Source of the DNA: Macrostomum lignano
Taxonomy: Eukaryota
DNA: 64,000 nucleotides
Assembly: GCA_002269645.1 (NCBI GenBank)
Contig: NIVC01000219.1
Span: 62,001-126,000, forward strand
Direction of reading: 5' to 3'
Shown: piece by piece, positions 49,101 to 60,617 of the stretch
How positions within the stretch are numbered: position 1 is the stretch's first letter
Layout of the letters: each line of letters starts with the position of its first letter
Program-made: the position numbers and the translations under genes
The notes under the pieces: generated by a model
The model's database searches: none
The model's input: only the letters and a program-made list of their open reading frames with translations
Told to the model about the DNA's origin: nothing

Positions 49101-51813
49101 AATTTTGCTGCATCCAGCAGAAATGAACTATAAACATATAGCTCCTGGCTTAAAGCACTTCATGGTTTGAGAGTGCCTTTAAAAAAGATAGTACGTTAGT
49201 AGTCAAAAGTTTTGACGACAATGCAGTTTTGGTCATCAACACTTTTTAAATGGTGTTCAATTTAAGAGCTCAGCAGTGGTTCCGGAGATAACTTATCGAG
49301 ATTCGAATTAATTTTGCATCGATTCTTTTCAGCGTAGCCTCAACAAACTCAGACGAGGCGTTCGCGGTGATCGAGCTGCACGATTTGCATTTCGAAGTCA
49401 CCCTCGGCATGGGCGGATTCGGTCGGGTGGAACTGGTTTGCGGCGTCCGTTTTTATTTTTTTTTAATTAGTTGCAATACTTAAAGCTGACAAAGTGAAAA
49501 TACTATTCATCGAATCCAAAAGGTGACGTGGAAGGCCAACCCGGATGTGACATTCGCTTTGAAGTGCTTAAAGAAGCAGCATATTGTACACACACGACAG
49601 CAGGACCACATCTACTCGGAGAAGAATATCCTGATGAGTCTGAAGTCTAACTTTATTTGCAAGTGAGCACTCCGGAAAACCATTGAAATTCAAAGCTACA
49701 ACTACTCGCGACTTTACATATTTGAATCAACCCCCACAACTGCAGGCTATACAAGACATTTAAAGACCGAAAGTACGTCTACATGCTGATGGAAGTCTGT
49801 CTGGGAGGCGAACTCTGGACTATGCTGAGAAATGTGTAAGCTGTGTGGAATGTTCCTCAATTTAACTACTGGCAATCGCAGTTAGAAGTGATAATTCCAA
49901 TCAATTCAACTTCGCTTCGGAAATATTTTGCAAACGCCTTATCTTCTTATTCTAGAGGAAACTTTGATGAACCAACTACAAAGTTTATCATGGCCTGCGT
50001 ACTTGAAGCGTTCCAGCATCTGCACGAGCGCGGCATAATCTACAGAGATTTGAAGCCAGAGAATCTGCTCCTGGATCATCGGGGATACGTCAAGCTGGTA
50101 CGGTATCGTGATGCGCAGTGTTTACAGTTATATTCAATTTACCGGATGGTAGAAATTTTTACCAACCAAACAATCCGCATCCAGTGCGATTTCGGGTTTG
50201 CGAAAAAAATTGGCCACGGCAAGAAGACTTGGACTTTCTGCGGCACGCCGGAGTACGTCAGCCCGGAGATCATCTTGAACAAAGGTCACAGCTTTCCGGC
50301 GGACATCTGGCAGATTGGAGTGCTGCTGTTTGAGCTCATTAGTGGCAGGTGAGGGTTCTTTCAACGTCAGCTCGGCGGTGGATTTCGACACTACCTTGAG
50401 AATTAAGCTCTAGTCTACCCTGGATGCGCAGGCTATGATAGCAGCTCTGCGCTTTAGCTGTGTGGTACAAATACAGAGTGGTAGTTCGAGGCTCCCACAT
50501 TGCCCAAACTGTACAAGCTGTAGAGGACAAGTACAAGCGTTCATAGACCTTCGGAATCACCGCGCAATTGCAACGCGGCTGTGTGCCTTTGGCCGCAAAC
50601 CTAGCCACTCTGAAATGGGGCCATGCAGGCAATGTTCCATTGTATATTTGTTCTTTTGATATATACTCAGCAACATCGAAAAGCCGCCACTCTATGCACC
50701 AGTGAGCAATTTTTCTTGGACTATTCTGAAATAAAAGATAAGAGATAACTGATCGGGGTAGCGTTAGTCCGTCCAACCCTCGCGCACCGCCCCCCCCCCC
50801 CAACTTCATTTCCCAACGCAAGTCTGCCGCGGCGTAGCAAGTTGTGTCACCCGCAAAGATTGAGAGACTTTACCTGCACTCTCAAAAGTGGCGACCACAG
50901 ACGGAATCTTCTGCGATGGTGTCTTTTCGATGTTGCTGAATATACAAGTTAAACTTTAGAAGAATGGAAAATAAACCAGTAATTCTTCGGATTTGATCTA
51001 AGGATGGTTTCGTCTCGTATCTTAATGTCGGAATTTCTAAGCATCCACCGAACTTTCCTGTGACTCCAATGAGATAATGGCTTGATATTGTCTCACTGTT
51101 AGACACGATCTCAATAGGCAATTGAAGTTATCCAACCACACCCCGCCTCGATCTGTTTAACAGTCCGCCATTCAACGCCCCGGATTCCATGAAAATCTAC
51201 AACGTGATCCTTCGCGGCATCGAGGCTGTAGACTTTCCGGCTAGCATGAGCAAGGCTGCTCAGGGCCTCGTGAAGAAATTGTGCCGCGAGTCGCCCCAGG
51301 AGCGACTTGGCAGCGGAATTGGCGGCATCGCCGACATAAAAAAGCACAAATGGTTTCAAGGCTACGATTGGACTGGATTGTCAAGGATGTCGCTTGTGCC
51401 GCCACTGTCTCCGAAGGTAAATAAGGCAATTAGCTATTGACTGGTAGCTGAGAGCTGTTATCGTGTCTGACTCTCTTTGAACATTCTAAACATTAATCTG
51501 GGGCCTTTGCACAAGGTGCCCAGGAGCCAGCGGAATGGGCAGGATGGGCTGGTTTATGGGACCGACGTCGACAAGTGCGTTGCGCTAGGTAGGACGACCA
51601 CAGCCCTCCCGTGAATAGTTATGTTTACCTACCTACAAGTGAATTGGGATTAGCAAACGTTCAATCAGTATTTTTTTACGATTTAAATTATCCTTGTTTG
51701 TTTTATCTGTCTGGCAGATTAACAGTCCAACTGACGCGTCAAACTTTGACAAGTTTGAGTCGCGATCAAGCATTCCTCCGGATGAAACGTCTGGATGGGA
51801 CAAGGACTTCTAG
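43256..51813 (+). CDS. PRKG1: cGMP-dependent protein kinase (PKG; egl-4/foraging-like), 16 exons, 775 aa
   Basis: Exons 43256-43827, 45125-45291, 45652-45765, 46567-46672, 46961-47024, 47115-47192, 48456-48550, 48647-48712, 48804-48881, 49333-49435, 49523-49662, 49746-49835, 49956-50097, 50185-50348, 51164-51416, 51718-51813; all phases compatible (2328 nt). Leucine zipper; pseudosubstrate [10 protein letters not shown]; two cNMP sites ([21 protein letters not shown]...RRTA); kinase [27 protein letters not shown]; tail SNFD...SGWDKDF. Orthology to PRKG1 versus PRKG2 is not resolved. Confidence 0.96.
43850..44060. repeat. Degenerate GTGAC-rich repeat at the 5' end of PKG intron 1
   Basis: Recurring gagtgactgagtgacaatatt. 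Confidence 0.8.
44275..44702. repeat. 14-bp purine-rich minisatellite in PKG intron 1
   Basis: Unit ggagacagggagag, ~30 copies. Confidence 0.96.
45365..45620. repeat. 24-bp minisatellite in PKG intron 2
   Basis: Unit gtgactactagagtgctgatcaga. Confidence 0.93.
45980..46290. repeat. Pyrimidine-rich low-complexity tract in PKG intron 3
   Basis: cccttcacttctctcc motifs. Confidence 0.85.
47215..48345. repeat. 34-bp minisatellite in PKG intron 6, split by a MITE
   Basis: Unit ggtgactcacttagggacactggggagggtaggt on both sides of 47583-48113. Confidence 0.95.
47583..48113. mobile_element. hAT-type MITE (531 bp)
   Basis: Perfect 13-bp TIR cagtggtgtgatt / aatcacaccactg; perfect 8-bp TSD ctggggag (47575-47582, 48114-48121); subterminal tttcgcgcc repeats. 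Confidence 0.92.
50664..50942. mobile_element. Tc1/mariner-type MITE (279 bp) in PKG intron 14
   Basis: TIR tactcagcaacatcgaaaag / cttttcgatgttgctgaata (1 mismatch), TA flanks. Confidence 0.8.
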
Positions 51814-52334
51814 AACCGGGTGGACCAATGCAGCTCCGGTACAAAGACTCAACGGATGATTAGAATGGATAGGGCATTTATGAGCCAGCATCTGACAAAA
51901 TAATATGGTAATTCTTGTTGAGAAAAAAACAAAATATCATAATAATTGCACTAAGAGGAAAGAGATGAACAAACAACTGAGCATAAAAACTTTATATTGT
52001 TACGGTGTATATATTTTTGAAACAGGCTTAGCGAATATTTATTATGAAATCAACCAATATTGCTGCGCAAAGAATGGCTTATCAAGGAATGCGATTTTGA
52101 TTCAAATACACGTTCGAGCGTATGCTCTTCTTTTCGCTTTGCTGGACAAATATAATTGCAGAAAACTATCATTGATAAGAAATTAATTTCAGTTCGATGC
52201 CATTGAAAATTTATTTTAAATGCAATTTATTAAGTCAAATGATCAATTTGGGATGCAAATCAGTTAATATGATTTACATGCTAAATATATGAATAAGCAC
52301 AATGAGACAGGTTCAACTGGTGGGGACTGGGAGA

Positions 52335-52792
52335 GTGGATAAGCTATGGTTCCGTGAGAGCTATGTGTCTTGGAGTGGATAAGCTATGGTTCCGTGAGAG
52401 CTATGTGTCTTGGAGTGGATAAGCTATGGTTCCGTGAGAGCTATGTGTCTTGGAGTGGATAAGCTATGGTTCCGTGAGAGCTATGTGTCTTGGAGTGGAT
52501 AAGCTATGGTTCCATGAGAGCTATGTGTCTTGGAGTGGATAAGCTATGGTTCCGTGAGAGCTATGTGTCTTGGAGTGGATAAGCTATGGTTCCGTGAGAG
52601 CTATGGTTCCTGGAGTGGATATGCTATGGGTCTGGGAGAGTGGATAAGCTATGGTTCTGTGAGAGCTATGGGTCTACGAGTGGATAAGCTATGGTTCTGA
52701 GAGTTATGGTTCTTGGAGTGGATAAGCTATGGGTCTTTGAGTGGATAAGCTATGGTTCTGTGAGAGCTATGGGTCTTTGAGTGGATAAGCTA
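52335..52792. repeat. 40-bp minisatellite abutting the stop codon of the 92-aa ORF
   Basis: Unit gagtggataagctatggttccgtgagagctatgtgtcttg; the terminal agctatgg overlaps the TAG (reverse) at 52790-52792. Confidence 0.93.
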
Positions 52793-53068
52793 TGGATTCA
52801 AGTCGGAGGCGCCGTTAGAAAATCTTAGTGCAGCCTCATTCATCGAGTCAGTGTGCTGCAACAGTATCGATTGAGCCTTTAAGAACTGGCTCTCAACAGA
52901 TTGCATATCAGTTTTTCCCTCGACGCACTGGCGAGCACAGAGGTTAAACTCGTTAACTGCCAAGTTGCCATCTTCAATCATTTGGTTGAACGTTTTAAGC
53001 GCCTCCAATTTGGCTTCCTCTGTGCGTTTAATAGCTTTGCTAACAGTTGTTTTGCGCTTTGCCTCCAT
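52790..53068 (-). CDS. Hypothetical 92-aa alpha-helical protein (single exon), convergent with PKG
   Basis: Non-repetitive 93-codon ORF in AT-rich DNA; ATG context caaaATGG; amphipathic charged sequence. No family recognised. Confidence 0.5.
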   Translation of the reverse strand: MEAKRKTTVSKAIKRTEEAKLEALKTFNQMIEDGNLAVNEFNLCARQCVEGKTDMQSVESQFLKAQSILLQHTDSMNEAALRFSNGASDLNP

Positions 53069-53274
53069 TTTGTTGGTGATTACTGATCAATAAGCAGCAG
53101 TGATTAGTGAGAATGCATGGAATTTGTAAAATATTTTATTACCATCAAATTCAATTTGGCTGAATATAATCCAGCTATTGAACTATTAAATAAAATAATG
53201 CACAAGCTAAGAAGTTAAACAGAAAACCTATTTATAGAAACATAGGTTATTGGTTCATTCTGTTTAACCTATTT

Positions 53275-53276
<2 letters not shown>

Positions 53277-53344
<68 letters not shown>
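53277..53344. repeat. (GT)34 microsatellite
   Basis: Perfect GT run. Confidence 0.97.
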
Positions 53345-53346
<2 letters not shown>

Positions 53347-55531
53347 GGAATATCTATAAAAAGGCTAACTCTTACATTTATTTCAAGGACAAAAACCTGT
53401 CTTGAATGATACAGTTCAAGAACAAGAAATGTTTGCATGGTTTGAAGGATAGAACTTAAAAAGGTTTTAGAAGACACAGTTGAAGGTATAGCACTATGTG
53501 TTGTAGATATAACACTACAACACTGCCCAGTCATTGATTATATAAGTATGCTTCTATTATCTATGCCTATGGCAGATATTAATGATGAAATACAGTTCTA
53601 CAGCGCTAAGCTAAGAAGCCAGAGCGGCATTTCCTACTGCTCGTTTTTACACTTCGTCCCACTGCAATTATCTGCCTTTTTTTCTTAGTTGTAGCACCCG
53701 CTACAAAGAATAGGGTTGGGTTTGTGTTGCAATGTGGTATATATTTAGATGATAGAAGAACATTTTTTGCCTAGAACATTTGAATAATAAGATAGGCTTC
53801 ACAAGGTAGTTAAATACATTTAAAAGACAAAAATAGGGGTTGAGTTGTTTCCAAAGATATAATAAAAGCTAAGATAACTTGTATTTTAGAAGCAAAGCAA
53901 TATAATTGTCACAGGGTCTTTGTTATTTATCCCACTATGTTACTAAATTGTGGTTTACTGTAATCTCTTAGAATCATCTTACCACTATTACCAAAGTTGT
54001 TGCAGGGCTGACTCAATTTGGAATCCTACTAAATACTATCAAGTTGTAGTAAGGATTCTTTATCTTCTAATGTAACACTTAAATGTACTTTTAACACTGC
54101 ATTATACACTAGTAGCATATCATATATTACTGGCCTAAGTAGTCTTTAGGCACTTACTTAGCCTATGTATTTCCCTATTTTGAAATGTGCTCCTATCGAG
54201 GGTTTCTCTCAGTCTGGGCATTATTAAGATTAGAAGGTTACAGCTCATATTTTAATAATTATTTTGACTTAAGGCAATTCCTTAGATTCTGAATCTAGAT
54301 GTCTCATTTCTAAATGGTTATTTCTCTTAAAGTTTTGGGAATTTGTTGATTTACTATTTATTACTCAAATAACTGGTACTGAGATAACTATTAGCCCTAG
54401 GCTACTTATCAATTTGGTCTTAAAGTAGTATAGTTAGAGATTGAAGAGCTCAAGTATTTGAGTGAATAAAACAAAACAAGTCAAGTTTATGATTTTTGTT
54501 TACTTGCTATTATTTATACTAAAACATTAGCTATTTAAAACATAATTATACAGTAATATTCATAATATTTATAAAAAATTTTTTCATATATATACAGCCT
54601 AACAAACTTACAAAATTTATGGCAAGCTATGCATACCATAAACAATTTCGATTCTGCAATGCACAAGTAAGAAAACACTTTTTCAACAAGAGAAATAAGC
54701 ATTTTTGACTAGAAAATTGTCTATAGCCAAGCTAGAAAAAGTCAAGAGACAGAAAATATAGACAGGAAAAGTTAAATAAAAGAATTTTTACTTGTGCCTC
54801 CTTAGTTTGCCATCCCAGCTTACAAAATCTTATAATGCAAGCAGTCAAACAGTGACAACAAGCACTGAAGTAGCCAAGCAAGCCTAGCAAAACTTGGACC
54901 TTAACAGTGAATCAAGCAATAAGTCCAAAGTCAATAACTCCAAATACCAATGCTTGAGCTAATTCTTTCTCTGAGTTCTTTGAGGTAAGTAGAGTAAATC
55001 TGGGATTCTTTGCATTTGCTGATATGGATGATGGCTAGATGAAAATGGAGATAATAGTAAAATAATAATAAACTGGTTTATAGACTTAGAGCTTGGAAGC
55101 CCTGCACTGTTTCTGAGATGACAAAGGTGATTGGCATTTGCATTTTTGAGTTGTTCAAAAACTGGAGCTGACAACTTACTAGTCAAAGGACCTATTCTAC
55201 TTCTATCCCTATTTTTAAAGCATGAAGATGCTCCTTGCTTGCAGTTTCAGCAGATAATGACATTGCTGCATTGCTATGATTATTGACTTTGACACTGATG
55301 ATCCCTTGTGCAAGATAAGGCCATTCCTAGATATTATCTAGATAGTTTGTAAGAATAGCTACTTGCCTAGTCAAAGCATAGCCATTGATAAAGTGCTGCA
55401 CATTTCTACAAAGAGATGCTGCTTTTTAAGCAGTACATGCCTAATAAGAGAGCCAAGTTTAGGCCAGGCATAAATAGTTTAGGCCAGACTTTATGAAACT
55501 ATCTTGATACATTTAACCAGCTATTGCAAAT

Positions 55532-57579
55532 TAGGGGTCCCAATCCTGGAATCCTGAGTTCCCAGGATCCCCAGGATCCCAGCTTTTTGTTACTGTTCGG
55601 GATCTTGGGATTAGGGGTCTGGGATCCCGGTGCACTAAGTGCACTGTCTACAATCTTGGGCTGGTTCGAATTACTGGATCACTGCCAGCTGATTGTCTCA
55701 AAGAAATGTTGATGCAATGCATTTCCGAGTTTGGGCTTAATGCTAAGGACATCATAGCCTGCACCACTGATGGAGCTTCGCTAATGCGGAGGGTCAGTCG
55801 ATTTTGAGCACCAACTGTGCTAGTGCTATGCTCATGGTGTGCATCTTGCTGTTTGCGACGTCCTGTACATCAAGCGATCAAGTGAGAAGGAGCAGGCCGT
55901 TGATAGGGATAGTCATCATCATAACACTGAGGGCAGCAATACCAACAGCAACAGTGTCAGTGAGGAGGAGCATGACAATGATGAGGCAGATGCAGTGAAC
56001 TTTGATCAGCTAATTGCACCTCCGAGGCCCTTGACGATAGAACTGTTGAATATAGTGAAGATTGTCAGGAGAGTGGTGAAGCTGTTTTGCTCCAGCACTT
56101 TTTGCAATGATAAGCTGTAGAAGTTTGTGAAGGAGGATTTTGGAAAGAAACTGTCACTGTTACTTGACACACCAACGCGGTGGAACTCCCTTGTATCAAT
56201 AATGGAATGCTTTGTCCTGCTACACAAACAAGTGCACAAGGCACTTGTGTGCTTAGAGATGCCACTGCCATTTATGCAGCAGACTGTCAAGCAGGCAAAG
56301 GAAGTAGCCGATGCGTTGAAACCACTGGAGCTGATCATCCAGACATTGTCCTGGCATGATTGCAACCTGAGCATGGCTGAAGTTGCTGTTGGATTCGCAA
56401 TTGAAGAGCTGAAGGGACTGGACTCATCCCTGTCCAAGCAGCTTGGCTACACCCTAGAGAGTCACATCAGCGAGCGAAGAAGCAGCATCACCATTGCTGT
56501 GAATGTCCTATCACGTGGCAGACAGACGAAGACAATCTCTGAGTTCAATGCTACGAAGTATCTTTTAGTCTTGATGGCAGACAAGTTGAACCTGAGCGCC
56601 AGTGCTAGCAAAGATCCATAGGCAGCTGATTGCGTGGAAATTGGAGCCAACAAGGAGATCGTTAGCAGCGTACCTCAGGCAACAATGGAGGAACAACTGC
56701 GACTGCCATTAGAGGGTTAGCACTCAGGCCAAGGGCAAGAAGTCGTGCTGAATAAGGAAAATCCCATTGAGGCAAGGGTTGGGTGTGAGCTGGAATTCCT
56801 GCGGGCTACAGGGCAGCAAGGGGAGATGCTAGAGCTGCTGTACTAATCATTGTTGGCCATTCCAGCAACCAGTGTTGAAGCTGAGCATGCCTTTTCTGCT
56901 GCAGGCATCCTCCTGACAAAAGTGAGGTCCAAGCTGAGCGACACGACACTCTCCAAGCTTGCCCTGTTAAGAGCCCACTTTGCTAAATGCTAACTAGACC
57001 AGACAAAGCTTGTGTTGCTGACTGCTATAGTGCCAACGTCATGTAGAATAAGCAACAATATGGACAACTTGCAATTCATTCATGGCTTTTTGTGCTGTTG
57101 CAACAACCCCAATTTGTGAATGCTCATAATTTTTACAATTGAACTGTCACCTGTCATTGTCACTTGCCAGAGTTGAAAGTTTCCATGTCATAGAAACAGT
57201 GCAGTTGCAAATTTCAATTACTGCTGCTGGTAGCCTGGAACTTGTATTGCATTGCATGATTTGCAATACAAAATATATTGCATTGATGGATAGTTGAAAT
57301 AGGAATGAATGTGACAATTTTACAAGGAATAAGTGAGTGACCGAGGATAAGTGAAATGAAATAAAATAACTTAACTTTTTTATCAATATCAATGCAGTAT
57401 AAGCTAGAATAGAAAGTAGAAACCCAAATGATGCTCAAATTAGTTGAGAAATTTGTTTTGTGGGCAATGGAAAGCTTCCCATCAAGTTGTTTATTCAATC
57501 CAAGGATTGGCTCAGGATCCCATGATTGGGTCAATTTTTTTGTCCAGGATTATAAAATGTCCAGGATTTGGGACCCCTA
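55532..57579 (+). mobile_element. Defective hAT transposon (2048 bp) with a broken transposase
   Basis: TIR taggggtcccaatcctgg / ccaggatttgggaccccta; perfect 8-bp TSD ttgcaaat (55524-55531, 57580-57587). Remnants IACTTDGAS, CYAHGVHLAV, TPTRWNS, IPATSVEAEHAFSAAG...RSKLSD (hAT dimerisation domain) carry stops and frameshifts; the N-terminus is missing. Confidence 0.93.
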
Positions 57580-58133
57580 TTGCAAATGAAAAGTTTATCA
57601 ATAACATGCACTAGCTCTTAATCAGTAAAAAATACTGGTTGTTCCCAAAGATAAAAGAACTAACTATATGAAAAGTATTATAATAACTTATCTAAATTAA
57701 GTTCTGCAATTTACTAGTAAGTATAAAAAATTATCTTATAGAATCGTTTGCTAATAGGATCAGCAAGTTACCAAAAAGATAGGACAAATATATAGGCCTA
57801 GTCCTAGCTGAGTCGCAACTACATAGAAAAATATGACTCAAATTTTTAGACTTAAAGCTACTGGCTACTTTAATTAGGCCTAGCAGTTTAACTCTAAGGT
57901 ATAAATTGCATAGGCCCTTATGTATACATTCTAAGCCTTGGGCTATGCTAGGCTAGGGCTAGGCCTAAATAAGAATATAAATCCTACTTAATACCATTTA
58001 GCACTTATTAGTATTATTATTATTATTATTATTAAAAGTTTAAAATGTATATTTTGAATAAAAATATATTATGTCAATAAGCTTAGCCAATTTTATTAAA
58101 AAAGTTAAGTTAAATACGAAATTTGGACAAAGT

Positions 58134-58250
58134 ATACTTTGCAAAATTGAAAAGTCACTACTCTATGCACCGATGAGCAATTTCTCTTGGACTATTCTGA
58201 AATAAAAGATACAAGAAAACTGATTGAGGTCATAGGCCTAGTCCAGATCA
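58134..58250 (+). mobile_element. Diverged, truncated copy of the 50664 MITE family
   Basis: actctatgcacc..tgagcaattt.tcttggactattctgaaataaaagata...aactgat matches 50689-50760. Confidence 0.65.
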
Positions 58251-60617
58251 TGCTAGATATAGACCTATACCTAAACAAAAATTGAATAGATAGACAATAG
58301 ATAGCCTAGGCCTACAAATGCACACCAAAAAATTAAGCACTTGCATTGCCCTGACTCTTAAATCTAGGCCTGAATAACTATTAGGCTGAATAAGACTGAA
58401 TAACTAATAGTTATAATAACTATTATAAATAATAACTAAATTTTTAAGAATGTGCAAGAAATTTTCATACTAGGCTGGCCACCATTGTCAAGTAGGTAGG
58501 CTCACTATTGATAATAATATCATTATGTCCTATGCAAAAAGTTTTCCCTAAAACCTGTGACATCACTGACATGCTGATGCCATCATGCTGATGCTATGCC
58601 CTTAGGCCTTAGGCTCCCTATATGCAGGGGGTAGGAAAACTCTAAGAGCTCTTAGTAAGAGCACCCATTAGGCCTCAAATGGTGGACAGACTAAAGCTAA
58701 TATCACAGTTCTAATTTTGAACTGAGCTGATATAGGCAGATAGCCTGAGATAGGCCTAGTGATATTGTGATATCTGCAGATTTATGTAGGGCCTAGATTG
58801 CAATTATTAGATATAGACCTAGTTTAAGGAAACTCAGACACTGTTTGTACAGGTGGCACCCTTGTATTTAAGGCATATAGGAAAAAATTATGGCTAACTT
58901 TAATTCAAAGCCTAGAATACTACGACATAAACCTGCACCCATATACCCCTATACGTACACGTAGCCGCTGTGGCGTCATGATAATTAAATTAGTAGTAGT
59001 AGTAGTAGTAGTAAGTTTGGCTAACTATTTCGTATTAAAATGTCGCATGTAGGCGACTTTGAAATAACTCTAACTCTATAACATAATAAAACAAATTTGC
59101 AGCGTTAACACATTTTTTTCTGAGCACTAACGGTACAAAAAAACAAAAATCTATAGAACTGCAGTTTTTCTATTGACTAATTTTGTTCACAATAGCCTCT
59201 TAATTTGTACATGTTCCAATTGTGCAACAACTACATATGTAATCGGTCTACAATGCACGCGTATGCATGTGCGAGCGTACAAAAATCTAGGCGTCAACCT
59301 TGACAACATTCAGGTATGATTGTTTACATGTAATGTATTTCATGTATACACACTGCACAGGCACATTCAAGGACTACTCAAGTAGAAGGATGGGAATTAC
59401 TTTGCATGCATATGTACGTTTCTTGGAAATTTTTAGGGAAAAGCAGGTTCTACCGAAAGATAAATTGCAGAGAATGGAGGTTTTAAGTAAAACCTGTCTC
59501 CTAAACATAGAGTCCCCTCGTTCTACTTGAGTAGTCCTTGGTACAATGTGTATAATATCGTGATGAAGTTACATTTAAATATATATGGAAGCCAGGCAAA
59601 GTTACATGTATGAGCGTACTGGGTCGAGTGAGGAGTGACCCCTCCCAGGTAAGAAAGTATTTACATGCATGTACTACACTACACTGTACAATAAGAGAAG
59701 CCCAATTAAATATTCGTCAAGTAAATCTGCTAAAATCGATCAATTATAGTCTCCTATATTGACTAATTGGACGTCATTTTGAAATCGAATTACATGCAGT
59801 ATATGTATCGGTAAAACCTTCCGTCAAGACCGCGGTATTGAACTGAATATATAAGTTTATAGACTGATTTATTTTACCATTAATGCAAAGATGGCAGCGA
59901 TTAGTGCATTGTAGAAGTCTACAGTTCGTCTGCCAGCAACAAGAATATAACGTGCAGCAGTGCGTACGATGGGAACACGAAACGAAAAAACAATTCTGCA
60001 GCAAACCCAAAATTAGCATTTTAGTATTTGCACATATTTTAGATGGTTTTACGGTATTTTAAAAATGTTTAAAATCTGCTGTTTAGTTGAATCTGGTAAT
60101 AGTGCTATCGCATATATAGCTTGAGTCTTTATCTTAACAGGTAACAGATTTTAATATCTATAATTCAGTGATAAGGGTTGGCCTAAGGAATTAGCTTATA
60201 AACAAACCATTGCAAAACAATTAAAATATCACTGTGGTAAAGTTGCGCGTCTGAGAAAAAGTTGAATTAAGAAGGTGAGGGTTATCATTTTGTATGATAA
60301 CGCTCACATTCTTAATTAAAATACCAATATTCATGGCGCATAAAATTTGGCTAAATCAGTTTTGAACGTACAAAGTTAAAGATTGTATTATAATTATTTA
60401 TTTAAACCCTGTTTACGAATAGGATTTGTGTTTCAAAAACTCCCAAACAGCGAAAAGAATTAGACTCTGGTTAGATCGCGTCACAAGGTATGCAAGGTAT
60501 GAAAATGGTTAAATTTGCAGGACGTATTCAGTTTTTTGCACTTTCCAAAGTCAGTCTCGGATACGAACAGAAATACGCAAAACGAAGATGTAAATAATGA
60601 AGCTGGGCCACGCAGGC

